Positions 51,691 to 61,627 of a DNA stretch of 64,000 nucleotides are shown here, piece by piece. Position 1 is the stretch's first letter. Each line of letters begins with the position of its first letter. Origin of the DNA: Marmoricola sp. (GTDB taxonomy: Bacteria > Actinomycetota > Actinomycetes > Propionibacteriales > Nocardioidaceae); assembly GCA_036261595.1 (NCBI GenBank), contig DATAKN010000118.1, forward strand, positions 3,326 to 67,325, read 5' to 3'. Under the pieces are notes generated by a model. The model was given only the letters and a program-made list of their open reading frames with translations, made no database searches and was not told the origin of the DNA. The position numbers were made by a program, and so were the translations under genes.

Positions 51691-52860
51691 TCAGCAGTGC
51701 ATCGCCGAGAGTGCGGCGCCAGAGATCTCCGCCGGTGACCGGACGGTCGTCTGCTTCGACCGATTCTCCTGCCGGACGAGCAACGACGTCCCCGCCGCGC
51801 TCGCGAACCCGGCATCCGGCAGTACGGCGTACGAGCGAGTTCGCGTGTTGACCAGCACCAGCCCACCTGCCGACAGCGGAACGGCCAGCGCGCCGTGCAC
51901 CATCGTCAGGGGCGGACTGAATCCGCCCATCGATACGCCCATCACTCGGGTCGGCGCCTGGTCCGCTGACGGCGCGAGGTAGACCGCTTTCGAGTCGTCA
52001 CCCACCCATGCCCAGCCTTGACCGTCGCTGACGAACCCCCACGCCCCGGTTGCGTTCGCAAGTGCAACCGGGACGGGCACGGCTCGTCGGGTCGACGGCT
52101 CCATGGCGTGCACCACGGTCTCGGCCCCGGGCGTGGGCGACTCAGACCAGATCAGCAGGTGCGGTGTGAGAGCGAGCCACCCGGGGTGACCGCGCCGGAC
52201 GATGTGTCGACGCATCGTGTGAAGGTCGAGCAGCACGATCTCGCCGCGGCCAGCCTGGTCAAGCCCTTCGACCCAGGCGGCGTAGCCCCCGGAGACAACC
52301 GGGTCTTGCCAGGGGCTGGGGGCGATCGCGCCGTGCGCGTCTCGGTGGGCGGCTCCGACCGTTCTGACGGCCCCGGACTGGCGGTTCCACACGTGCACGG
52401 TGAAGTCGCTCAGGTCGGCCGGCGTGCGGTAGTCCTTCCAGACCGCGTAGGAGCCGTCGAACGCCCCGCCCGCCTGATCCGACGTCGGGTCGTCGAATCG
52501 CTCGAGCTCGGAGATCACGCGACCGTCAGACGTGCTGACCAGCGCGACCCCCGTGAAGGCGGCGCTCTTGACCTGCGCCACAGAGATTCCAGCCACGCTC
52601 GAGTAGAACGGGTCGGCCTGCTGCGGCCATGGCCGATGCCACTGATTGCGCAGCGTGCCCAACAGCTCGGTGGGGGCTTACACCCGACATGGTGCGGCTG
52701 GCCCCGGGGCCGCGGAACTAGTCGCACGAACACTGCTGGGCGTGCTCCGGACGACGTGCGACGTGGACCCAGCGGCTGAGTGACAGCCAGCAAGTCCGAG
52801 GAGCGCGACAGCAAGGGCCAGGGGGCGAAGGTTGCGTCTACCAGACGTAGCCACGTCCAC
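51691..52860 (-). pseudogene. Secreted lipoprotein (beta-propeller-like) interrupted by an in-frame TAA at 52678-52680
   Basis: Lipobox LAGC and a Ser/Thr/Pro linker lie in the same frame as the 323-aa downstream ORF, separated only by one TAA. Confidence 0.65.
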
Positions 52861-52909
52861 CGACGATAGTGGTGATGGTGGCCCGGGCGTCCCCGGCCGG
52901 CCGGGTCGG

Positions 52910-54598
52910 TCAGCTGGCGGAGCGGAACCTGACCGGCGGCCCGCCCGGCCCACCACCGCCCCTGACGTTGCCCGGACCGGCGAACCCGCCCCTGTTGTTG
53001 ATGCTGTCGGCAGCTCCGGTGATGGCCTGGTCGAGGTCGGCGAGCACGACCCGGTCCCCGACGGAGAGCCCGCCGGTGACCTCCACCTCACTGGTCCCGA
53101 CCCGGCCGATGGTGACCGGCTTGCGAGTGAGCGTCGTGCCGTCCCAGGTCCGCACGGTCGCCGTCGACCCTCGACGGCTGATGGCAGACGTCGGGACGGT
53201 GACGACGTCGGAGGCCGTCCCGACGACGATCTGCAGCAGTGCCTGGGATCCCGCGGGCAGGGGGATGGCGGGGTCCTCGACGGTGACCGTCACCGCGTAG
53301 CTGGGAGTGCCCGACGAGCTGTCGGCGGTGAGGCCGATCGCCGTCACGACGCCCTGGGCGGTGCCGGACTGTCCGGGGGTGCTCACGCGCGCGGGCTCGC
53401 CGGCCTTGACCTGGCCGATCCTGGACTCGGGCACGCTGGCCCGGACGGTCACGGCTGCGCCACCGACGACGACCGCACCGACCTCACCGGCCGAGACGCG
53501 CTCGCCGGTGCTCACCGGAAGGGAGACGACCCGGCCGGATCGGGTGGCTCGGAGGACTGCCTGGCCCCGATGCTGGCGGGCGTCGACGAGGTCGGCGCGT
53601 GCCTTCTCGATGTCGGCTTGGTCCGCCGCGAGCCGAGCGGCAGTGACGGTGCCGGTCGACCCGCTCGGAGTCGTCGACGAACCGGTGTTGCTCGAGCTCG
53701 GCGCCGAGCCGGTCGGCGCGGTGGTCGTGGCAGCGCTGCGCGCCGAGGAGGACGCCGCCGGGCCGGCGGTGCCGGTCGTGCTGCCGGACAACGTCGCCGC
53801 CGCCTTGGTGAGTGTCCCGGCGAGCGCGTCCAGCGCCTTCTGCAGGCCGTCCTGAGCCGTCGCGACGTCGGCCTGGCGTGCCTGAACCTCGGCGAGGGCG
53901 GCCGAGCACGCACTGTCGTCGGCGGTGGCCGAGGGCTGGGATGATTGCTTGGCCGAGGGCTGGGCCGGGTCGGTCGAGGCAGGGGCCTGGTCCTGGTAGG
54001 CGCCGGCGCAGGCCGCGGTCTGGGCGGCGAGCGCGTCCTTGGCGGCGCTCAGTGCGGCACTGGCGGCGCCCTGTGCCTGGACGACGGCTGCCTGCTGCTG
54101 CTTCAGCGTCTGGAGCGCTGCCGGCGTCGAGGTCGAGGGGGTCGAGCTCTTCGGCTTGGTCGGCTGCGTCTGCGGGGAGGGTTTGCCTGTCTGGGAGGTG
54201 GCCGCCGCTTGAGCGACGGTCTGGGCCTGGGTGTTCTCGTCGCTCTCCAGGCGAGCACGAGCGCTCGCGAGGCTGGCGCGCGCCTTCGTCACCGCCGAGG
54301 TGAGCGCACCGGTCTCCAGCCGGGCGACGACCTGTCCGCTCGTGACCCGGTCGCCGAGGGACACCGTCACGGCCGCGACCGTGCCGGACGTGCCGAACTC
54401 GAGATCGGCGCGGTGGGCCGCGTCGACCGTCCCGCTCGTCGAGAGCAGCTGCTCGACGTCGCCCCTCGCTGCCCGGACGGTCCGGTAGTGCGCGGTCGAC
54501 CCGTCCCGAGTCACGGCGTACGCCGTGCCGCTGCCGGCGACGACCACCACGGCGGCCACGAGCGCCGGCCACCGGATCCGCCTGGAGCGTCGGTTCAT
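52910..54598 (-). CDS. Membrane fusion (HlyD/MacA-like) protein with low-complexity insertions
   Basis: N-terminal TM; lipoyl half-motifs GTVAAVTVSLGDRV and LRATRSGRV; coiled coil; VPTSAI; GLSVGDRVV. Confidence 0.85.
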   Translation of the reverse strand: MNRRSRRIRWPALVAAVVVVAGSGTAYAVTRDGSTAHYRTVRAARGDVEQLLSTSGTVDAAHRADLEFGTSGTVAAVTVSLGDRVTSGQVVARLETGALTSAVTKARASLASARARLESDENTQAQTVAQAAATSQTGKPSPQTQPTKPKSSTPSTSTPAALQTLKQQQAAVVQAQGAASAALSAAKDALAAQTAACAGAYQDQAPASTDPAQPSAKQSSQPSATADDSACSAALAEVQARQADVATAQDGLQKALDALAGTLTKAAATLSGSTTGTAGPAASSSARSAATTTAPTGSAPSSSNTGSSTTPSGSTGTVTAARLAADQADIEKARADLVDARQHRGQAVLRATRSGRVVSLPVSTGERVSAGEVGAVVVGGAAVTVRASVPESRIGQVKAGEPARVSTPGQSGTAQGVVTAIGLTADSSSGTPSYAVTVTVEDPAIPLPAGSQALLQIVVGTASDVVTVPTSAISRRGSTATVRTWDGTTLTRKPVTIGRVGTSEVEVTGGLSVGDRVVLADLDQAITGAADSINNRGGFAGPGNVRGGGGPGGPPVRFRSAS

Positions 54599-54599
54599 C

Positions 54600-55445
54600 T
54601 CAGGACACCTGGCCGTTCGTGCCATTGCCCCCGGGCCCCATCCGCACCCTGCCACCGCACTGGCCGCCCTGCGCGGGCGAGATCGCGATCCTGGTCGCCG
54701 TGATCGCTCCGGTGTCGTCGGCGGTGCCCTCGGCCTGCACGCAGACGCCGACCTTCACATCGCTCGCCGCACCCACCACCGTTTTCGTGTACGCCGTGCT
54801 CCCACTGACGGTCACTGCGACGGAGGTCGCATTCTCGCTTCCCGGCCTGGTCGAGGCGACGGTGAAGCCTGCCGTCGACAGCGCAGTGACCTTGCCGACT
54901 GCTCCGCCCATGCCACGGAACTGCGGCCGCTGGCCACCTGCCGGGGAGCCCGAGGGAGGTGCCCCCTGCTGGGGCCCGGAGCCCTGCACGGGTCCACGCA
55001 TCGTCGGCCCGCAGGTGCCGTCCACGGGTTGCGTGATCCGCACCATGGTGGCGGCGACGGTCGTCGTCGGGCTGGCCGAGGACGCCTGGTCGGCCGAGCC
55101 GACGAACACGCACGCGCCGACCTTCACGTCGGCGAGCGTGGCCGCGACCTGCGTGGTGAAGGCGGTGCCAGCCGTCCAGGTCACCGCGACCTGTCCCTGC
55201 ATGCCCTGCACCTGAGCGGTGCGGTCGGCGACGGCCGCCACCCTGCCGACGGCTCCGGGGAATCGACGGCCCTGCTGGTCCCCCGTACCGGCCTGCTGCC
55301 CGGGATGCTCGCCGGCTCCGGCCGCGGCGGCGCCGTTGCCGGCAGCGCCACAGGCAGCGGTACCCAGCAGCAGGACTCCGGCACCGCAGGCGGCCGCGAG
55401 CGCCCGGCCCGCTCGGGTTCGGCGGCGGGTCGTGGTGGGGTTCAT
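54600..55445 (-). CDS. DUF5666-like lipoprotein with two OB-type repeats
   Basis: Lipobox TAAC; repeated G.V....TT.....DVKVG.CV module; Gly/Pro-rich linkers. Confidence 0.7.
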   Translation of the reverse strand: MNPTTTRRRTRAGRALAAACGAGVLLLGTAACGAAGNGAAAAGAGEHPGQQAGTGDQQGRRFPGAVGRVAAVADRTAQVQGMQGQVAVTWTAGTAFTTQVAATLADVKVGACVFVGSADQASSASPTTTVAATMVRITQPVDGTCGPTMRGPVQGSGPQQGAPPSGSPAGGQRPQFRGMGGAVGKVTALSTAGFTVASTRPGSENATSVAVTVSGSTAYTKTVVGAASDVKVGVCVQAEGTADDTGAITATRIAISPAQGGQCGGRVRMGPGGNGTNGQVS

Positions 55446-55483
55446 CGTGCTCCTCGGGTCGGTGGTGGTCGGGTGCGCCGGGC

Positions 55484-56700
55484 TCATTCACTGCGGAGCG
55501 CGTCGATGGGGGTGAGCCGCGCCGCCCGGCTCGCGGGATAGACGCCGAAGCCGACGCCCAGCCCGAGTGCGACCAGCAGCGCCACGGCTACGGCGGGCGC
55601 GGAGATCGCCACCGGCTGGTTGATCGCCGGCGGCAGCACGAGCGCACCGACGACACCGACCATCGATCCGATCGCCCCGCCCGCGACGCCCAGCAGGGAC
55701 GCCTCGAGCAGGAACTGCCGGCGGATGGCGGCGGGGGTGGCTCCCAGCGCCTTGCGCAGGCCGATCTCGCGGACACGCTCGGTGACCGAGACCAGCATGA
55801 TGTTCATGACACCGATCCCCCCGACGAGCAGCGAGATCGCCGCGATGCCGGCGAGCAGGATGGTCATCGTGCGGTTCGTCGAGTTCGCCGTCTTCAGCAG
55901 GGCGTCCTGCGTGGCGATGCTGAAGTCGGCCTCGGTGACGTCGTGACTGGTCCGCAGGGCGGCGTCCACCTCCTGGTAGGCGGCGGAGAGCAGGCCGGCC
56001 GAGCGCGCCTCGACGTACACCACGGAGACCGACGTGCTCGTCGATCCGCTGAGCCGCTGCGCGGTCGTGATCGGTACGACGGCCAGGTCGTCCTCGCTGG
56101 CCTCCGAGGAGGTGGCGCCCGACTCGGCGAGCACGCCGATCACGGTCAGCCCCGTGCCGTCCACGGTCACCGTCTGACCCACCGGGCTGCGGCCCCCGAA
56201 CAGCTCCGACGCCGTCTCGGTGCCGAGCACCACGACGTTCGCACCCACGGCGGCATCGCGCGCCGTGAAGAACCGGCCGGAAGCGAGGGTGCGGGCGCGG
56301 ACGTCCTTCCACGCCGGCGTCGTGCCGACGACCTTGGTGGTCCAGTTCGTGGTGCCGGCGACGAGCGCCGAGTTCGTGGTGGTCGTCGCGGCGACGCGGG
56401 CGACGTCGGGAGCGACGGCGCGGTCTGCGATCGCCTGGGCGTCCTCGAGGGTCAGCGTCGACGCCGACCCGAAGCCCCTGCGGACGCCGCTGCTGCTGGT
56501 GCTGCTGCCGGGTGAGACGACGAGCAGGTTCGAGCCGAGCGCGTCGATCTGCTTGCGGACCTGGTCCTGTGCGCCGAGACCGAGCCCGACGGTGAGGACG
56601 ACCGAGGAGATGCCGATGACGATGCCCACCATGGTGAGCACCGACCGCAGCCGGTGGCTGCGCACGGCGTCGACCGCCGTGGTCAGCGTCTCCCACCAGC

Positions 56701-56704
<4 letters not shown>
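55484..56704 (-). CDS. MacB/FtsX-type ABC permease
   Basis: [48 protein letters not shown]. Confidence 0.93.
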
Positions 56705-57417
<713 letters not shown>

Positions 57418-57424
57418 CGGGCCC

Positions 57425-58588
57425 TCACCCGCCCTGCTGGATGATGACCGGCGGCTGGTTGCCGCCGTTGCCGCCGAAGCCGCCTTCGGGCAGCCGGAAG
57501 CCGTTGTTGCCCTTGCCCCCGTTGTTCGAGGTGCGTGGCGGCGAGAAGCTCATCAGCTCGACCACGTCGCCTTCCTTCAACCCCGAGCGAATCTCGGTCT
57601 GGGCGCCGTAGGCCTCGCCCACCTCGACGACGCGCTTGGTCCGCTTCGAGCCCTCGACGAGGTAGACGTAGGTCTGGTCGCCGTCCATGTGCAGCGCGGC
57701 GGTGGCGACGGCGAGCACGTCCGTGGCCTGCTTGACCGTGATCGCCACGTCCGCGGTCGAGCCGGCGTACAGGCCCGACGGCTTGCCGGTCACGTCGACG
57801 GTCACCGGGAACTGCGCCGCACCGCTGTCGCCTGCCGACGCGATCACACCGACCTGCGACACGGTGCCGTACGCGACGTCGCCCCCTCCCGTGGGCGTGA
57901 TCTCGACCTGCATGCCCTTCTTCACCTTGGCGACGTCGGCAGCAGAGACGTTCGCGTCGACCTGCAATGAGCGCGGCGTGATCACGGTGATGGCCGGTGT
58001 GCTGCTGCCAGTGGTGCCGCCGCTGGTCGGCGTCGACGACCCCGAGCCGACCTCGTCCCCGACGGCGAAGCCCACCGCGCTCACCGTGCCCGCGAAGGGC
58101 GCCCTCAGGGTCGCCGCGTCGACGGCGTCCTGGGCGTTGGCGAGGTCCGACTCCGCGGACACCACCGCGGCCTCGTCGGAGGCCTGCTGGGTCGAGGAGG
58201 CGGCGCTGTCCCCGGAGAGCTGGGCCCTGGCCGCCGTGACCTGAGCCTGCGCCGCGTCGACCTTCGCGCGCAAAGAGGTGTCATCGATGCGCGCCAGGAG
58301 ATCGCCCTTCTGCACCTTCTGGCCGACGTCGACAGCGACCTGCGTCACCGTGCCGGGGGAGGAGAAGGAGAGGTCCTCCTGCCGGCTCGGCGTGATCGTG
58401 CCGGTTGCCGAGACCGTCGTCTTGTAGGTGCCCCGGGCCACGGTTGCGGTGATCCGTTGCGCGGCCGACGAGGCGTCCCGGTTCAGCCAGGTCCACCCTC
58501 CGACGACGGCGACGACGACCACGAGCAGGAACATGACCCACCATCGGCCCCGTCCTGCGCCAGGACGAGAGGGAAGGGGCGATCGCAT
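57425..58588 (-). CDS. Membrane fusion (MacA-like) periplasmic adaptor
   Basis: N-terminal [30 protein letters not shown]. Confidence 0.88.
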   Translation of the reverse strand: MRSPLPSRPGAGRGRWWVMFLLVVVVAVVGGWTWLNRDASSAAQRITATVARGTYKTTVSATGTITPSRQEDLSFSSPGTVTQVAVDVGQKVQKGDLLARIDDTSLRAKVDAAQAQVTAARAQLSGDSAASSTQQASDEAAVVSAESDLANAQDAVDAATLRAPFAGTVSAVGFAVGDEVGSGSSTPTSGGTTGSSTPAITVITPRSLQVDANVSAADVAKVKKGMQVEITPTGGGDVAYGTVSQVGVIASAGDSGAAQFPVTVDVTGKPSGLYAGSTADVAITVKQATDVLAVATAALHMDGDQTYVYLVEGSKRTKRVVEVGEAYGAQTEIRSGLKEGDVVELMSFSPPRTSNNGGKGNNGFRLPEGGFGGNGGNQPPVIIQQGG

Positions 58589-58611
58589 GCGCCGTAGCGT
58601 CTCGACGACGC

Positions 58612-58651
58612 CTGTGCCGGTGGCCAGCAGATCATGTGAGGACGCTATGAG
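58612..58651 (-). promoter_or_regulatory. 11-bp-phased heptamer direct repeats upstream of the exporter operon (OmpR/PhoB-type site)
   Basis: Minus strand CTCATAG-N4-CTCACAT-N15-GGCACAG; -10-like GACGCT 7 nt before ATG 58588. Confidence 0.45.
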
Positions 58652-59181
58652 GTGCGGACTCCACGCGGCGGCCGGTCCCTTGACGGGACAGAGATCGACG
58701 CGGCTGGTGCGCCGCCCTGCGTCGTCTCACCTGAGTTCCACCTGACGCAGCTCAGCTCGCTGAGCACCGAAGAGGCCCCTGCCTTGCGTTTCCGCAGGTC
58801 AGGGGCCTCGATCGGAGCCGCCTGTCGGAATCGAACCGACGAGCTACTCGTGACGAGTCCGAGACACATTTCCGGGCGCCCATTGGTGCGAAACGAGCCG
58901 TGACCCACGCTTCCTTCTCTAGGGCGAGCCCGATGAGGTCCTGCGTGCCTCCTCGAGAGCTTGTTCCTCAGGCCCGAGGACCTGCCATCGGCCGAGCCAG
59001 TGACCGAGGCCACGCCGCCTTGAACGCCCTCGACGCTGCGGGGATCCACCAGTACCCGCAGGAATGCGTTGCTGCTGCGTCGCGGCAGGCCCTCCTCGCC
59101 CACTCCGAGCTCGGTTGGCCGCTGGCGCAGATCTTCGAGACCTTGGCGAGATAGAGCGTCGCGCATCTGGGCTCCATGCCT

Positions 59182-59480
59182 ATGCCGACGACCTGATCAG
59201 GCGCGCGCGGGCGGCCGTGCTCGGAGTTGCTCCACGAACACCATAAACCGGCTCGTGACCCAAGGGACTCTGACTCCGCGCCAAGACCTCACCTGGCGAG
59301 GCGGCGAGCCGTCGCTCGATCCGGACCAGGTGCGCCGAGTGGCTGAGCAGCGAGCCGCCGAGCAAGCAGAGGTTAACCGGCGTCGACGCGATCGGGAGGC
59401 CCCTCGCGTCCGTCCGCCGGACGATCACCACGAGTGGCTGACCGCCGGTGATGTCGCGCGGATCATCGGGGCTCGGAGCA
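59182..59480 (+). pseudogene. Frameshifted helix-turn-helix (excisionase/MerR-like repeat) protein remnant
   Basis: Pieces DDLIRR..AAVLG / STNTINRLV..GTL..SLDPDQV..EWLTAGDVARIIG lie in shifted frames and stop abruptly. Confidence 0.45.
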
Positions 59481-59908
59481 GGTGTGTTCAAGCTTCTGCG
59501 TCAATCCATGCGCGGGTCTCATTGGGCGTCGCAAAGAATTGGATCACGTGCAGGACGTCAGTAGTTGCGCCGAGTGGCGAAGGCACGATCACGGCTCATG
59601 GCTAAGACGCACCGGGAACCCGGGCTCGGGCTTCACGGCGGGTGCCGTGAACTGACTGCTCGACCAGCCGGTGATGGACTGTCGTGCCGCCGAGCTGGCG
59701 ACCCAGAGGATCCATACCGGGCATTCCAAGAACGACAATCCCGGACAGGCCGACGCAGCGCCTCATCAGCCCCAACCGTGCGTCACTGAAACCACACGGC
59801 CGCGCTCGGCGCCCTTGGGACATGAGTCGGAACTCTCCTACTTCTCCGTGCTCTCGGAGGTGGCTGGCCGATGTACACGAAGTATCTAGCGACCCGGCAC
59901 GCGCGGGA

Positions 59909-60370
59909 TCAGAGAGTCTCTGCCCCTTGAAGTGTCACGCGAGCGTCTTTCCGTACGAACGCAGACCGCAGGTCTCCATCTTGGTAGGCGGCGCGGAGCG
60001 AACTCAACGTTCCGTGGTTTGTCACGTACTCGGCCAGCGCTCTGATGGCCCCTTCGATCTCCTCGCGGCGCCGGTCAGGCGTCAGCGTCGAGCTCATGTC
60101 CAAGGCTTCCATGACCGCAAAGTCGCCGGCTGTCGGAAGGTTCTCCAAGTGCAGAAGAATGGGACAGTCGGTGGGCCGGCGGCGATTCGATCCGCTCTGA
60201 AGGTCCAGACCCACGTCAACACCCAGGCGGCTGCCGTGAGGAAGGTCTTCAATCTGGACAACCCATTGCACTTCCGGACCCCTGATCCGCCAAAGGGAAG
60301 CTCGACCTTCGAAGCCAGCGTCCTTCAGGCAACCGGAGATCCACGCCTTGACAAGATTCGTGGCGCTCAT
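59909..60370 (-). CDS. Putative immunity protein for the upstream nuclease toxin (DUF4304-like)
   Basis: ATGA-coupled to the toxin stop; 153 aa; LKDAGF...WR...VQWVVQI N-terminus. Confidence 0.6.
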   Translation of the reverse strand: MSATNLVKAWISGCLKDAGFEGRASLWRIRGPEVQWVVQIEDLPHGSRLGVDVGLDLQSGSNRRRPTDCPILLHLENLPTAGDFAVMEALDMSSTLTPDRRREEIEGAIRALAEYVTNHGTLSSLRAAYQDGDLRSAFVRKDARVTLQGAETL

Positions 60371-60945
60371 GGGGTGTAGACGTCCACGTAGGCGGTCCAC
60401 TTCTCGTCGGTCAGATCCTCCAGGTAGGCCTTGTGCCGGTTGACTTGGCGCCAACCGTGCGCAATTGAACTCGGCGTATCCGGCTTGAGTTCGCGGACGA
60501 TGTTCTGTGAGTAACTGACAGCGTCTGGCCGGTCCAGACTGCCGGGTAGGGCGCGGTTGAACACGTAGTCGCCACCTCCCAAGGTGTGCTCGTAATTCGC
60601 GTGAGCGCTCCGACCCGCAGCAGTGGCGGCCGATTCTCCTCCCGCGCCGCTAGTGAATCTACCGGACGCGTCACGCGGGAGCGCGCGCACTCCGTCTTCC
60701 GCGGCAACACCGGTAGCCACCGCCTGTATGACCTGCGCCGGCTCGTTTCCTAGCCGCTGACCTGCGACAACAGACTGCGGGGGCTCGACGAGTACGTCGC
60801 TCACAACGCTGGAAGCCCGGACACGAGTTTCAGCGACACCAGCCGCCGACGCCGATGTGCTCGTGGCGGCCAGGATCGCCGCCAGAGCGGCTAGGAAGAA
60901 AGGCACCCAGCGGCGTCCGGCGGCCTGCTGGGTGCGGGTGGTCAT
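60367..60945 (-). CDS. Small Sec-signal polymorphic toxin with PD-(D/E)xK nuclease tip (Tox-REase-9-like)
   Basis: Signal peptide GRRWVPFFLAALAAILAATSTSASA; C-terminal GRSAH..Y...RPDAV...VRELKP...G..Q...W...VDVY; ATG 60945 lies 6 nt after TGn-GAGACT. Confidence 0.7.
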   Translation of the reverse strand: MTTRTQQAAGRRWVPFFLAALAAILAATSTSASAAGVAETRVRASSVVSDVLVEPPQSVVAGQRLGNEPAQVIQAVATGVAAEDGVRALPRDASGRFTSGAGGESAATAAGRSAHANYEHTLGGGDYVFNRALPGSLDRPDAVSYSQNIVRELKPDTPSSIAHGWRQVNRHKAYLEDLTDEKWTAYVDVYTP

Positions 60946-61016
60946 GGGGTCAGTCTCGCAGCGACCGGCGGCCGCGGGTGTGAGCGACCCGGTGAGCCAG
61001 TGTGAGCGTGTCTCGG

Positions 61017-61172
61017 TCATCGGTAGCGGCGTGGCGCCGGCCCGGTGATCGCGTCGAACAGGTCCTCGATCGACCGCACCGACGGTGGGGCGACCGCTGC
61101 CACCGGCGCGGCCAACAGCAGCGTGGCCAGGCTGGCGACGAACGCGACAACGACGCGTCGGACGGCGATCAT
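61017..61172 (-). CDS. 51-aa ORF that is essentially a Sec signal peptide (not in the ORF track)
   Basis: MIAVRRVVVAFVASLATLLLAAPVAAVAPPSVRSIEDLFDAITGPAPRRYR*; its ATG overlaps the immunity gene stop (ATGA). Confidence 0.5.
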   Translation of the reverse strand: MIAVRRVVVAFVASLATLLLAAPVAAVAPPSVRSIEDLFDAITGPAPRRYR

Positions 61173-61627
61173 TCGATCGACACCCTGAAGACAATCCGAC
61201 TGAAGTCAGGCTCGACGCCGATGTCGGTGCACGAGTATCGGCGCGACCCGTCCGGGAGGGCCTCGACATGCATTCCGGAGGTGGCGCTTTGAGACTCAAA
61301 CGGGCCGCGGCCTCGACCGGAGTCCCAGATGTTGTAAAGAACCAGTCGGCCGTCGGTCTCAGCGACGTCGATCACCGACGATGACGGCGCTGAGTCGCTC
61401 CAGAGTACGAGCGAAGGACTTGACGTGCCTGCGGCCGTGAGCCGGCCCGTCGTCGCGAGGAAGACGCCTTGTCGCCAGCGAGGTCCGACAGATTCGAACG
61501 TAAGGGTTATCCGCTGCCCGATGGCAATCGGCAAGGATTCCACCTTGACCGCCGGTTGACCGTCGGGCCCGAGCACGGCCTTGCTGAGAGTTCGGTCAGG
61601 GAGTCGCGCCGGGTCGAACGAGCTCAT
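61169..61627 (-). CDS. Putative immunity protein for the RHS toxin
   Basis: ATGA-coupled to the RHS stop; 152 aa, beta-rich; WRQGV, LWSDSAP, YNIWD, YSCTD..PDF..IVF. Confidence 0.7.
   Translation of the reverse strand: MSSFDPARLPDRTLSKAVLGPDGQPAVKVESLPIAIGQRITLTFESVGPRWRQGVFLATTGRLTAAGTSSPSLVLWSDSAPSSSVIDVAETDGRLVLYNIWDSGRGRGPFESQSATSGMHVEALPDGSRRYSCTDIGVEPDFSRIVFRVSIE

Noticed and set aside
58645-59166. ORFs 58645-59166 (-), 58652-58903 (+) and 58900-59154 (+) as genes
   Set aside because: No recognisable motifs, RBS or codon bias; at most degraded fragments
60946-61299. 310-aa version of the mini-toxin starting at 61299
   Set aside because: The extension overlaps the immunity gene and the 51-aa ORF; the signal peptide and -10 box support ATG 60945
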